Shown in pieces: positions 1 to 12,700 of a stretch of 64,000 nucleotides of DNA. The translations under genes were made by a program, and so were the position numbers. Source of the DNA: Bilabrum cf. latius (Eukaryota). The stretch spans positions 372,001 through 436,000 of the forward strand of contig OZ237759.1 of the NCBI GenBank assembly GCA_965178125.1, read 5' to 3'. Within the stretch, counting starts at the first letter, position 1. Each line of letters opens with the position of its first letter. The notes under the pieces are model-generated. The model searched no databases, was not told the DNA's origin, and was given only the letters and a program-made list of their open reading frames with translations.

Positions 1-883
1 CAAACACGTCCTTGCCCCCTCGGTACACCACCAGGTTGCAGTCTCCCTGCATGCGCAGCTCGACCCCCTCGCCCGCTTTCAAGGCATCCCCGGCCCGCAG
101 CACCTGCCCCGGAGACAGCACGTCGCGGTCGGTCACTTGGTGGTATGACGATTGCAGGGCCCCTGCATCGCATTGCAGACTGTGCACGTCCTCCCGCACC
201 TCCAGATCGTAGTAAAAGTACCCCGCACGATTCGGAAGGTGCGTCAAATATTCGGTGCTCCATAGCAGCTGCGCGCCTTCCTGAAGGAGAACGGCAACAC
301 TGTCCCCCTGGACCAGAAACGTGTCGACTTTTGGTGTGAAGACAGAGGATTGCACACGCCAGAGGTACTTACCTGTATCCGTGTCGATGATGGCCAGGTC
401 TCCATCCGTGCTGCACGATGCATCGGTCAAGATCAACGCACAGTGGTTGGCCTGCTCCGAGCCGTCGGAGTTGCCCGAGTAGAACTAGTCCCCACTGGGA
501 TGGCCAATACTGTCATACTCTCCATAAACGACCAGCTTGCAGTCAGCCCGGAGCCACACCCTCGTCGGACCCTTGGACAAGGCGTTATCAAGCATGGTCA
601 TGGCGGAATGTAGAATCTCGCCCCTCCGGAGTCTGTCGCCCTCAGCCGGCTTCCTCGAAGCCAAGGCCTTGACATCGCAAGAGTACGTGTCAATTTTGTC
701 AATGTTCAGGAGTGCCTCCCACCTGGTGCGGCTATGTTGCCTGCTGCTGGCGCGGACCGAGGCCAACGACGTAGATCTAGAGCCAGCGCTGCGAAGGTGC
801 TGCTGGCCTGCTGCTCGTCGCCCGTGCACAGTTACCGCCGAGCAGGCGGCGAGAGCTACCAATATTGTAACGATTGATTGCAT
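1..883 (-). CDS. Secreted bulb-type (B-type) lectin repeat protein, 3'-truncated by the window edge
   Basis: ATG at 883 with a hydrophobic signal peptide. The frame continues through TAG at 485-487 to MQGDCNLVVY (QxDxNxVxY motif) at the edge. Collinear paralog of 34853-36508. Confidence 0.8.
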
Positions 884-1407
884 CCCTATAGATCTGAGGT
901 TGGTGCAACCGTTGTGTTACTTCACTGCAGTGGGCGGCAAGGAAGTCGCGAGTGGCCGCCGCGCCGCGCCGGCGGCACTGGCAGCGGAACCTTCAAGTTG
1001 GGCTGCGGCGGACGGCGGCCTTGTACGAGCCAAACTTTCGGCTTGGGCCTGGGAAAACTTCGTCCAAGCATTGCATTTATATTCAAACAAGATTTGCCGC
1101 GATGTCAGAGATCACGCCCAAGCGGAACTCTCGGCTCGGGCGCGGTTAAAATTTATAAACACAATCGGCTTGGGCGAACTTGTACCAGATCAATTCAAAA
1201 GTTTGGCTCGTGCACGACCGCCGTTCGCCACTGACAAGGCTCCGCGGCGGCGCCCCGTGGCAGCGGGGGGTGGGGCGACCTGACGCGCACTGCGAGTAAA
1301 TAAATACTCACAAAGTAACGCAACCGGTGGCAGTGGCTGCGCATCTGCGGACGAGTTCTAAAGACAAACTTGTTGATCACATACAGAAAGCCACTGCCCC
1401 GCCATAA

Positions 1408-4400
1408 TCACCGGAGCTTCGCCATGGCCGCCTGGACCGCCCCGGCAGCTCCCTTCTTGCCGTTGCACCTCCCTGCGAGGTAGCTTGTCGCCTTGGCTCC
1501 CAGCAGCCGGATCTCATCCCTGTGGCCCGCCAGCTTGGTGGCCATGCAGGCGACCACCAGGGCAGTGACCCATACGCTCCTGACATCCTCCTTGCTGAGC
1601 CCTCCCGCCCAGGGCGCGGCAGACGGCACATCTGCGAGGATCGCCTTAACCGCTCCCATGTCTCTGACCATGAGGATTGCGCGCAGCTGCTCGTCAGTGG
1701 CCACGAAGGACCCGTCGGCCTGCTGCGCCTGCACCACCTGGTCCAGCGACCTTGCCACCTCCGCTGCACTAGGCCCCCCCGCGGCCCCCTCCTCCGCTTC
1801 CTCCTCCTCGGCCTCCTCGATGGCATCGTCAGTGTCGTCCTCGTCCAGCGCCCCGCCGCGGGACAGCCGGTCCGCGCTGGCCACCGAGCTAAAGTCGCTG
1901 TGGTCACTGCCGGCCTCGGCCACGGCCATGCCGTCGGGGATGGCAGCCGCCCAGCTTCCGCCCAGAGCCATCGAATCCAGCTCTGCACCTGCTCCTGCCC
2001 CTGCTGGCGCCATGCCCGGCCTAGACAGAGCTACTGGCATGTCCCTGTGTCTGCCCTTGGTCTCAAGCTCTGCTGTAGCCGCCATGGGCTACATTGCTGA
2101 AGCTGGCATGCCCCTGGATCTCGCCTTGCTCTTCTTCATGCTCCTGGGCATGGCCCCAATCGCCATCGCCTGGCTCACCGCCACCTCGCCGCGTGCACCA
2201 ACTGAGTACTTCTCCCGCCCTCCTCCTCTCCTCCGTTGAACCTCCCGGTACCCCCCAAACAGCTGCTGCTGCTGCTGCTGCTGGGCTGCACTGGAAGAGC
2301 TCGAGGGGTGCTGCTGATGCTGCTGCTCGGCCTTGGGCTTTACCTTGACCGTCTTGAGCGCATCCGCGAGAGCTCCCTCCACCGTACGACCGACGGCGAC
2401 GATGGAGGTCTGCGAGGTCACGATCCCAGCCGCCAGCGCCAGCTCCAGGGCCTGACGAGTGAGGCCAGGGGCACCGGTCCCCGCCTCTTTGGCACTGGCT
2501 TGCAGTTCCTTGCACACGGCATACGCCGCCGCTGCAACCACCGCACCGGGGCCAGGGGGCGCCCCCTCGCCCTCCGCCTCTGGGGGCACCCAGCCCTCGG
2601 GGGCCGATTCCTCGGCCAATGCCGCCGCCGCAGGTGCAGCTTGCCCCCCGGCTTTTCCAGCCTCCACGCTTGCGGCCACTTTGTCCTCTTTATCGCCGGC
2701 CTCGGCGCCGCCTTCCGGCCCTCCACCAAACAGAGCGTCAAAGTCGTCCTCTTCCTCGCCCGCCTCGGCCGCCTTGTCCAGCGCGGCCGCGGTGGCTGCC
2801 GATTCGGCGCCCAGAGACAGCTGCACGTTGTTGTTGCTCACGAGCGCCTCCGCACCACCGTGCCCTGCACCCGACGATGGATCGCTCGCGCCTCCTGCCG
2901 CAGATGCACCGGCACCATCGCCAGCTGGTCCAGCCAGCCTCGCGTCCACCTACCACTCCAGCGGGCCGTCGGGGCCCTGGGCAGAGACCTTGACCGTGGC
3001 AGACTCGGGGAGCGAGCCCCCGTCCCCGGGTGTCTTGAGGATAGCAAACAGCTGCAGCCGCTGGCCAGCATACACCGCCTTGTTGGTGCCTGCCTGGTAC
3101 TGGATGAACGGCGCCAGCTCGCCCCAGTCCACGTTCAGCCCGGTGATCCCAGGGAACAGCACCCTCTGCATGGCCCGCGCCACCACGGGCTGCAGCCTGG
3201 TCTTGTCGCGCACCATCTCGGAGGCACCCTTGGAGGCATCTGCCACTCCCTTGACCAGAGCTTCGGAGGCGCCCGCGCCGATCCCGATCGTGAACACGCG
3301 CACGCCCAGACGGTCCTAGAAACCACCCGCGGCGGCCACCAGCTCGGCCGTGTTCCGCACTGCCCCGTCGGTCAGCAACACAACCTGCTTCGACCTGTTT
3401 TCGTGCACCTCTGGAGGCACGTCGGCCAGACCGCTCCCCGCTCCGGGCCCCGTCCGCCTGCCTCCCCTGTGTCCAGGTCTCGGGGCACCCCTCATGCGAC
3501 CGCTCTTGTGCTCCTTGCCGAAGCCCATCCTCAGCTCCCCGCTCTCGCCCACCTGGTCCAGAGACAGCGCGCCCGCTGCTACCCGGAGCGGCGTCAGGAT
3601 CCGCGTGCCTCCCAGGCTTGGCTTCATGCTCGCCACGAATTTGCGTGCTTTGGCCAGGGCTGCCTGGTCGTACGGCCTCGCTCCCTCGTGGAAACAGGGC
3701 AGCACCTTGGACCCGAAGGCCAGCACCTGGAAGGTCGCAGAGGGCGGGAGGGCTCTAAGGGCCAGCTGAAGGGTGTTCTTCATCTGAGACATGCGGCCCT
3801 GGTTCCGCATGCTTCCGCTGCAGTCGGCCACGAACGTCACCTCGGTGCGAGGCCCATTGGCGAAGCCCGCGCCTGGCGCAACGTTGGGGACTAAGGAGAG
3901 GCCGAGCGCGGCCGCGGGCGTGGAGGTAGGGCCGCCCTTGGACTTGACCGAGGTCGGCCACGTCTCCACCGCGGTCTCGGGGGCGCAGGCCGCACTCGTC
4001 ACAGCTCTGGCGCGGTAGTCCGCCGTGGCCCCGCTGCGGGGAGGCTGGAAGCGCACGAGGGCCACTTTGCCCTCGTCCAGGATGCGAGTCTCGGCGCCTG
4101 CCACCTCTACCTTGACTTCGGTGATGGGGGCCGCGGAGCGGAACCGCATGGTGACCTGCGCGGCGCCCAGCATCTCGCCCTCCTTCCCCTTGGCCTCTGT
4201 GTCCTATGCAGCGGCCGAGGCGGCGGCGGCAGGCTCGGGCCCGGTTGCCTCGTCCTCCTCTTCCTTCGCCGAATACCGAGGAAACAGAGCCACTGGGACC
4301 ACTGCTTCAATTCCAACGCCTCGCAAGTTTGTAGAGCTTGCATTGAAGCCCGAAACGCCGCATGGCGCGGCGTACTTGACCACGACGGTCGCCTCTGCGC

Positions 4401-5153
4401 CTGGCTCGAGATTCCCGAGGCTCATTCGGAACGTGTCCGACGAGTCAGGACTCGCCTGCGGGAAGCTAGTTAGTCCAATCAATAAATGGGAGCAAAATGT
4501 TTTCCAAATGGGGTCCAGCGCGCGAGAATCACCACAAACACCGTGCAAACCGGCAGTCGGAAGCTCGCTTGCCGTGCGACTTGCGATTCCGACAGCTTGC
4601 ACGTGATATTACAATCGCAATTCCTTTGAGATAAGGTAACTTGCTGCTAAACAAGCCGTTGTTACGTGGATCGTATGGTACAACCGCGTTCTTGGATGAA
4701 CAAGGCGATTGATTGCTTGGTAGCCAAGCACCCCGAGAACAAGCTCAGCTTGGATGCACCATGGACTTGAAAGCGTATTTTTGTGCCGCCATGTAAACTT
4801 ACTTCGAGCAATACAGCCTACCGTCCGGAGGCGATGCTGTCGTCGTATTCATCTGCGGCTGCCTCAGATCCCTTCACCACACCAACGACGGTTCGACCTC
4901 CCATCTTGGCCAGCAGCCCACACAGGGACGCGTCCTTGATCATAGGAAGCTCAGCATCAATCTCAATCGCAGTCTTCTCGTCAGAGTTGGACACGGTATA
5001 CGAGCATGTCAGCATCGTCATGGATCCCACGACATCCGCGAAGATCTTGTACTTTGCAGGCTGAACTTCCTCTCGGGGTGCAGGAACCGCTGGGATTCGG
5101 CCAGCGTCACCCTCTGCAGGCAGTCGTTTGGCTTTGAGCGAAAATTTACCCAT
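1408..5153 (-). CDS. VIT + von Willebrand factor A domain protein (VWA5A/BCSC-1-like)
   Basis: VIT-like EYDDSIASGR*AVLLE|ASPDSSDTFRMSLGNLEPG; vWA motifs FVADCSGSM, LLTDG, VFTIGIG. Intron about 4456-4802. In-frame TAGs at 4818, 4204, 3316, 2950, 2089. Ends TGA at 1408. Confidence 0.85.
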
Positions 5154-5285
5154 TCTATTTATCCTTGGTAGCAAAAAGAAATGCCAGGAAGCCTATTATC
5201 GGTTCGGCCAGACAGCCCAAACCGGAACTCGAAGTTCCAGGCGAGAACGCACCAAAAGTGATGCTTGGCCACCGTAGCACGACGA

Positions 5286-6885
5286 TCAAAACGGCATGTG
5301 GGGGTCATAGCACACGCCCCCTTTGATGTCGCACGCCTTCCCCGACGGGCAGCAATGCTGGTGGTCACCGCAGTTGGCTGCATCCGCCTCTGGGCAGCAG
5401 GCCCACATGCCTGTGGTCAGCTGGGCGCAGGTGTTGCCGGCTGGGCACGTGGCCACACCATCCGGGCAAACCACGGCCGCGCCTTCATGTGATACATCCG
5501 TCGCGATAACGATTTCCTCCCCGCTGGGATCGGTGTCAGCCTCGTGGAACAGTGCAGGCTTGGAGCAGTCCGCCCCAGCCCACCCGCTCCCGCACTGGCA
5601 TGCAGTGTCGTTCAGCACGCAGCGCCCATGCCCAGAGCACTTGCTCGCCTGACACTGACACCGCTCCCGCAGCACCCCGCTGGCCCACGGCTTGAACGTC
5701 CCCTGGTAGTACTCCCTGAGGGCCTTCATGCCCACCCCCCCCACCGCGGGGTCACCCCACACGAGCACCGCAGCAACGGAGGGAAACTCGAACGGGATCT
5801 AAAAGTCCGCCTCCAGGTCCTTGATAGGCAGCCAGAATGGCCCCGCTCCCGCCCTCATCCAGCTGAAGGGCACCACCTCCAGCTGACGACCGGTGGCCTG
5901 CAGGGTCTGCTGCACGATCCTCTCGGACTCGTTGAGCAGCTGTCGCACGAAGGTGGCGTTGTTGGGCCCGTAGGGAATCTTTGCCTTGTTCTTCAGGTAT
6001 AGCACAGGAAACAGCGCATCAACCTCGTTCCAGAGCCACTGCAGCGCATCGTTGTGAGCCTGTTGCGCGGGACCCGCCTCCGGGCTCTGGTAGCTGTGCC
6101 ACAGCCGGGCCACCGTGTCGTAGAAACCCACCTTGGCACTTGGCCTCATCTTTTTAATCGTCTGGATGGTCGTGAGGTAGTACTCCCTCGATGCAGACTC
6201 GAACTGCGCCTGCGCCGCCAGCTGCACTCTGGTCATGTTGCTCCTCCAGTCGGGGTGCTGGGCGAGCACGATCTCCATCGAGGCGTTCATGTAGCCCCCG
6301 AACAAGAACTTGTCCCACACCGGCTGCCAGCCCTCATAGTCCAGGCCGATGTAGCCGCTAAAATCCTTCGGCAGCGTCATTTCAACGGCTCGCTGCAGCT
6401 TTTCGACGTGCCCGGAGAGGCCGCCCGTCAGGTTCTGAGGGACGCCGCCGTTGTCGAAGCGGTAGGGGTTGCCCGGCGTGCCCTCGCCGTACGCTGAGGG
6501 GTGCGTGCCGTACGTTTGGGCACCCACCCAGCTGGCTTCGGCTCCGTTATCAGTCCCAGTGTATCTGCGTAATCGTACAATAGCGTTCGTTTGCAGCTAC
6601 ACGTTCACGCACGAGCTGTCTAGTGAATGCAAATGCCGGCTTGACTTACCCGCAACCACCAGCCTGTGTTGCAAACGCCGGTATCCCAGAAAAATTTAAG
6701 CCGGTATTTTGAGGCTCAAAGTTGGTGTTCATGATGAAAGATTGGAACGCGACCCTGCCATCCGGACAAATCGTTGGCGGTGAACTGGCTATGTTGTCCG
6801 CCCCTGTGAAATCAATCAATGACGTATTCTACGCCAACGACAAGGATACAACAGTTACTAGCGTGAGCACTGCTTGCTTCCGCAT
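5286..6885 (-). CDS. Secreted hyaluronidase-like GH56 protein with EGF-like and granulin domains
   Basis: Signal peptide MRKQAVLTLVTVVSLSLA followed by TAG (6829). Intron 6565-6649. LPKDFSGYIGLDYEGWQPVW resembles the GH56 catalytic DxE motif; CSGHGRC; granulin Cys pattern WACCPEADAANCGDHQHCCPSG. TAG at 5799; TGA at 5286. Confidence 0.8.
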
Positions 6886-7021
6886 TGTGTATTGGCGTGG
6901 CGACCACGAAACACAGAGACTCGGAGTGCGACAGTTTGCTCCGATCGAATACGCTGATGCCTCGTTCGCAGAACGGATCTTCGGTCGCCACTCGGCACTC
7001 ATTAACACACCTACTACAACC

Positions 7022-8418
7022 ATGGCTGAAGTGAGTTGAGCACTCATTATTGTTTTCAAGATTAAGTGTTGATTCCTGTGTCCATTGTGCCGCAACTACC
7101 CTGTATTGCGGTGGTACGGTCATCTGCTAGTCCGCACGCGGCAACTTCGCGCCAGCGCTAGTATGCACGCATGGTTGAAACTCACAGTTTAACGGGACTA
7201 TTGAGAACAAAATATACATGCTCACATATCTGACGCTACAGATCCTCTTGGGGTGTGTTTTGGGCCGAGATTCTGCTTGGGTAGACAGCAGGTCGGTTCG
7301 TTCTCGACGAGCAGAACCTGTTGATCCTGCCACCCTTCTCTTTTGGATTGGATTGCACGAACTTTTCCCATGGAACCTTGCATTCATTGTTATTGACAGT
7401 CTGATGTCCGATCGTATGATATCCTTTCCGTTGTAATCCATCGGCGCAGGCAGGAGACTGGAAAGCAGCCGCGGGGGAAGTCTTCGCCGGGGACGAGCCG
7501 GGGTGCATCGACATCTCGGACCAAGAGATCGGGGACGAAGGAGTGAATGAACTGTCCAAGATGATCATGGGTGCCCCCGACAAGGTCATGAGCATCTTTG
7601 CCATGCGGTGCGGCATGTCAGCTGACGGCCTGGCCACGCTCTGCAAGGCGCTCGCCGCGGTGCCAGAGCTACGCATGGTGGACGTGTCGGGCAACGAAGT
7701 TGGACCCGAGGGAGCAGCCTCCATCGCTGCTCTGATATCAGAGGGCAGCGCGGAGAACATCGTGGCCGGCGAGTGCGGGCTGGGAGACGAGGGTGCCGCC
7801 GCCATCGCCGGCGCGCTAAAGGGCAACGAGAACGTGGGGCGACTCAACCTGCCCGGGAACGGGATCGGTGACGAGGGCCTCGCAGCTCTGGCGGACATGT
7901 TCTCCTCCAACAAGATGTGTGGTGCCGTGGTGCTGGGCGACAACGAATTCGGGGCGGAGGGAATGACCGCCTTCGGGGAGGCCTTTGCCGCCAGCGAGGT
8001 GATCGAGATGCTGCGGCTCAACAACATCGGGGCCGATGCTGCGGGGGCCTTTGCGGAGGCTGGGCTGGCGGGGAACACGGGCTGCTACGAGCTGTGCCTG
8101 GCCGACTGCGGCATGGGCCCCGAGGCCATGGGCAAGGTGGCAGAGGCCCTCAAGGCCAACAAGGGCGTCATCGAGCTGGACCTGTCAGGAAACGGCGACT
8201 GCGGGGATGAGGGGGCGCTGGCACTCGCTGCCATGCTGGGTGCGAACTCCACTATCGAGAGCCTGGACCTGACCGGCTGCGGCATCGGCAACGAGGGCGC
8301 CACTGCCCTCATCGAGGCATTCAAGGCCAGCGGTACGCTCAGCAGCCTGACGCTGGACGACAACGCGGCAGACGATGACGTGATGGCGCAGCTCGAGGCG
8401 GCGGCTGAGGCCAAGTGA
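7022..8418 (+). CDS. Leucine-rich repeat protein (RI-like/NLRC3-like LRRs)
   Basis: Micro-exon ATGGCTGAA (7022-7030), intron 7031-7449, then 28-aa LRRs such as LNLPGNGIGDEGLAALA. Ends TGA. Confidence 0.85.
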
Positions 8419-8677
8419 AGCGAGATCTCGCGCGCGCATATACGTAGAGACAGACAGCTAGTAGCTGCGACTCGGGAATGTGCCAGTGGCCCCCCATCTG
8501 CATGTTGAAATGCTTGTCAACTTAATCACGCAATAGGCACTCGCTACCACCGCGCTACTCAAGGCCTGCCTAATACCCTGCGCCCCCCACTCGTCATCCG
8601 TAAAATAGAGAGTGGAACTGGCTCCCGCGAGAGCCGTCGCGCAGGTCCACTTCGAAGCACAGGTATCGACAGAAGCA

Positions 8678-9567
8678 ATGGCGGTGAGTTTGTTCCTAGC
8701 GGTATTCACATGAAGTCATCAACCGTACGTTAAATCATCCGGTCCTCGCTCGTGTCGTGCATCATGCCGCGCCCGCGGATCCGGCGACATTGGATGGAAG
8801 TGCAGCTATTCGCTCGGCTGCTCCCCGCGGTTCGATCATCTGCGCATTGGAGGAACCCACAAAAGGCCTGCAGGACTATTATATGCCATTTCACAAGTTA
8901 CAGGCTAAGTTTCATCGCGAGCAGCCTTCGCACGGACGACTGCGTTGCGACCACGCCTGGGTCTGCTACCCCGCTTCTGGTTTACTCGGATCGGTCGCGC
9001 TTGCGAGAGGCATATGCCGCTCTTTTATGTCAACAGGCTACATTGAGCGCTCATTGATTCCATTCGTATTGGTTGTGCGAAGGTGCGATTCCTCTTGTCC
9101 TGCAGGCATTCCTAAATGCAGTGAAGGAGTTTTTTGCCGATGAGGAGCCAGGATGCGTTGACGTCACCGACGAGGATATCACGGACGATGATGCGGTGGA
9201 GCTTGCAAACATGGTGGAAGACATGCCTGAGCAGGTGTCCAGCTTCCTCGCGAAGAATTGTGGGCTCACTTCTACCGCGATTACCACCCTAGCAGACGCA
9301 CTCACCAATACAGATGTCGTCGAAGTGGACCTATCGATGAACCCTGATTGCGGAGACGACGGAGCAATGGCACTCGCAAATATGTTGGAGGATAGCCCGA
9401 TGCTGGAGACTCTCAACCTGACTGGTTGCGGCATCAGCAGCGAAGGTGCGACCGCACTGATTGAGGCATTCAAGGCAAACGAAAACCTCACGAACCTCGT
9501 ACTAGAAGACAATGATATTGACGACGAGCTTCTCGCTGAGTTAGACGATGAGATTGAAGGTGACTGA
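8678..9567 (+). CDS. Short RI-like LRR protein, tandem paralog of 7022-8418
   Basis: Micro-exon ATGGCG (8678-8683), intron 8684-9105. Shares EPGC-D, DCGD-GA and EGATALIEAFKA with the upstream gene. Ends TGA. Confidence 0.8.
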
Positions 9568-9732
9568 GTGGATGGTGCAGTTCGTGATGAAGCAGCGGAT
9601 TCAAGTGCAACTGCAACTGCAGCCAATCAGGCGGGCACTGGCAGGAGTGCTGCTAGTAGTGATAGCACCGCACTAGCTCACGTGTTCAATTCCAGAAAAA
9701 TATCATACAGATCAATATTCCATGCATGTCGC

Positions 9733-12700
9733 TCATTCGTCATCAGCTGAATTGCCAGAAAGGCTCCATAGCTTGCCGTACAGCTCGCACCTGCCGAGCA
9801 ACTCGTCGTGCGTGCCGGCGTCCACCACGCTCCCTTGGTCCATGACCACGATCTGGTCACTGGACGCCACGGTGGCCAGCCTGTGCGCGATTTGCACCGT
9901 GGTGAATCCCACGTGCCCCTGCTTCGCCTTGGTGGTCAGCTCCTCGATCGTCCGCATCACCACCTCCTGTGACCTGGAGTCCAGCGCCGACGTGGCCTCA
10001 TCAAAGATCAGCAGCTTGGGCTTCCGGACCAGCGCCCTGGCGATGCAGATCCTCTGTTTCTGGCCTCCGCTCACCTTGGCCCCTGAGGCGGACCCCACCT
10101 CCGTGCTGTACCCCTCCGGCATGGTCCGAAGGTTCTCCACGAACTCGTCCGCGTTGGCCAGGCGGCACGCATCTCGAACGGCGGGCAGCACCCCGTGCGG
10201 GGCCCTCTCTTGCCTCCACGCGACCAGCTCACCCGGCGACGTATCCACGGCATCATCACCACCTGTGGCGTCGTCATCACTCCGAGGCCTCCCGGCGGCC
10301 TTGCCATCGTCCCCGGCAGGCATGCCGTACGCGATTGAAGACCCTACCGTGCCCGGCAGAAGCACTGGCTCCTGCTGCACGAAGCCGAGGGCCGCCCGCA
10401 GCGATGCGGTGTTGATGGTCTGTACGTCCATGCCGTCGAAGAGGACCTTGCCCTTCTGAGGGACGTACTGCTTCAGCAGCAGCTTCACGATGGTGCTCTT
10501 GCCCGAGCCGGAGGGTCCCACGAGCGCGTTGACCGTGCCTGCCTTGAGGGTCAGGCTGACGTTGTTGAGGACCCATTCGTTGGGACGGGTGGGGTAAGCC
10601 AGACTCACGCCCCGGAGCTCCACCTCCCCCCTAACCTCGGCGGGGTTGAGCATGATGCCCTCCTGGCTCAAGGGGTCGATGGGCTTGACGCGGTCGATGA
10701 GGGAGAAGATGCTGCGCTTGGCGGCCTCGGCGTGGGAGGCGTCCGTCCCCTGCGAAGCCGCTGCCCCTGCGCCAAAGGCCCCCCACATGAGCGTGAACAT
10801 GGCTGCCAGCAGGTCGCCGATCGCGATGTGTCCATCCCGCACGAAGATGGCCCCGACGTAGAACACCACCGCGAATACGGCAAACTGGGCGCACTGACTG
10901 ATCCCGTAGCTGAATCCAGCTGTCCATGCCCTCACTTTGAGCGGCCCCATGGCGGCTTCTCCTGCCTTGCGGAACAGGTTCAGGATGGAGCGGTGCATGG
11001 AGAACGCGTGCACCGTGCGGATGTTGGCCACAGCCTCGCCGGCGACGTCACCGCTGCCCTCGTACTCGCTTCCGGTGCCGTCCGAGCCATCCTTGTTTGC
11101 CTGCTCTTCCAGCATGCCCGCCACAGCGAGGGCGGGTGCCAGCGCCAACACCAGGAGAGTGATCCTCCACGACCTGGAGAATGCCAGCGCCACTCCGATC
11201 ACCATCGAGAAGAGCGTCTGCACGTACAGGGCATATTTTTCTCCTAGAGTAGCCCGAATCGAGGCGCAGTCGCCTGAGAGACGTGCCGCCAGCCGCCCCG
11301 TGCTGTTCCTCCTCTCGTCGAAGAAGCTTGGTTCGCAGCGCAGGATCGCCTCGAAGTAGTCCACCCGGAGCCTCCTCGTCATGCGCTCCCCCACTACGCC
11401 GAACGCCCAGAACTGGCCGAGCTGGGCGAAGATCGACACGACACCAACACACAGGAACACAATCATGTACGTCAAAGACTCGCGCTCGAGAGTCTCGTCG
11501 TCCTTGTACAGCACCTCCACCAGATCGCCGAAGCCGTATCCAATCAACGGAAACACCGCTCCGTTGAACGCGGCGCATGCGAGTCCAAGCAGCAGAATGG
11601 GCCAGTCGTCGCGCGAGTACTCCCACACGCGCCACGCCCCAGGGTCGGGCAGCTTCTCATCTTCCTTGCGCAGCTGCTGGTCAAACTCATCGTCGGGAAT
11701 GACCTCGTCGCTGGCCTCAAGCTTAGCCGTTGCCTTCGGGGCGTCGGAGCTGGCGTCGTCGGACTGCACGTCCCCAGGTGCCACGCGCCGGGGAGACTCC
11801 TTGCCAGTGTGACGAGAGGACGATTTGGTGGTGGACACGTGCACCAGAGCAGTGCTTGCAGACGCAGCGCCCGTGTCTGCATCATCTAGGGTGGTAGAAC
11901 CGGCGGCTCCTCCGACGGATGCTTCGCTTCGGCCGATGTCACTGCCGCTCTTCACAGCCGCAGGCCCGATGTCGCTCTCGCTCTCGCTGATGTTGTCCCT
12001 AGCAGACGCTCGGTACAGCCTGTAGTATTCCCCGTCGTGATCCTGCATGAGATCCTCGTGGTTGCCCTGCTGCACGATCCTCCCGTGTTCCATCACCACG
12101 ATCTTGTCGGCTCCCTTGACCGTGGACAGCCGGTGCGCCACGATCACCTGGGTGAAAGGCCGCCCTTGTTCCCTGGCGTCCCTCCTCATGGAAGCGAATG
12201 ACTCCTGCAGCATCTTCTCGCTGTGGGTGTCCAGGGCACTCGTGCTCTCGTCGTCAAGGAACACGCGAGGTGCCCGGATGACGGATCTCGCGATGGCGAT
12301 CCTCTGCTTCTGGCCCCCGCTGACGGTGCTCCCGCCCTCTCCCACGTACGAGTCGTAGCCCTGCTTGAGCTGCGTGATGAAGTCATGCGCCACCGCCACC
12401 TTGGAGGCGTGCTCCACCTCGCTCTGAGGGATGCCGTCGGCGTTATTATCGGCGGATCGCCCGAATTTGATGTTCTCTCCGATGGAAGCCATGAAGAGGG
12501 CGGGCTCCTGCTGCACCACCCCGAGCACGCGGCGGTACGAGTTCACGTTGAGGCTCCGGATGTCCTGCCCGTCCAGCTGCACCTGTCCCGACTGCGGGTC
12601 GTACAGCCGCTGCAGCAGCTGCAGTGCGGTGCTCTTGCCAGACCCGGAACCGCCCACGAGCGCCACGGTCTCGCCCGGCTGGATCTCGAGAGAGAACTTG

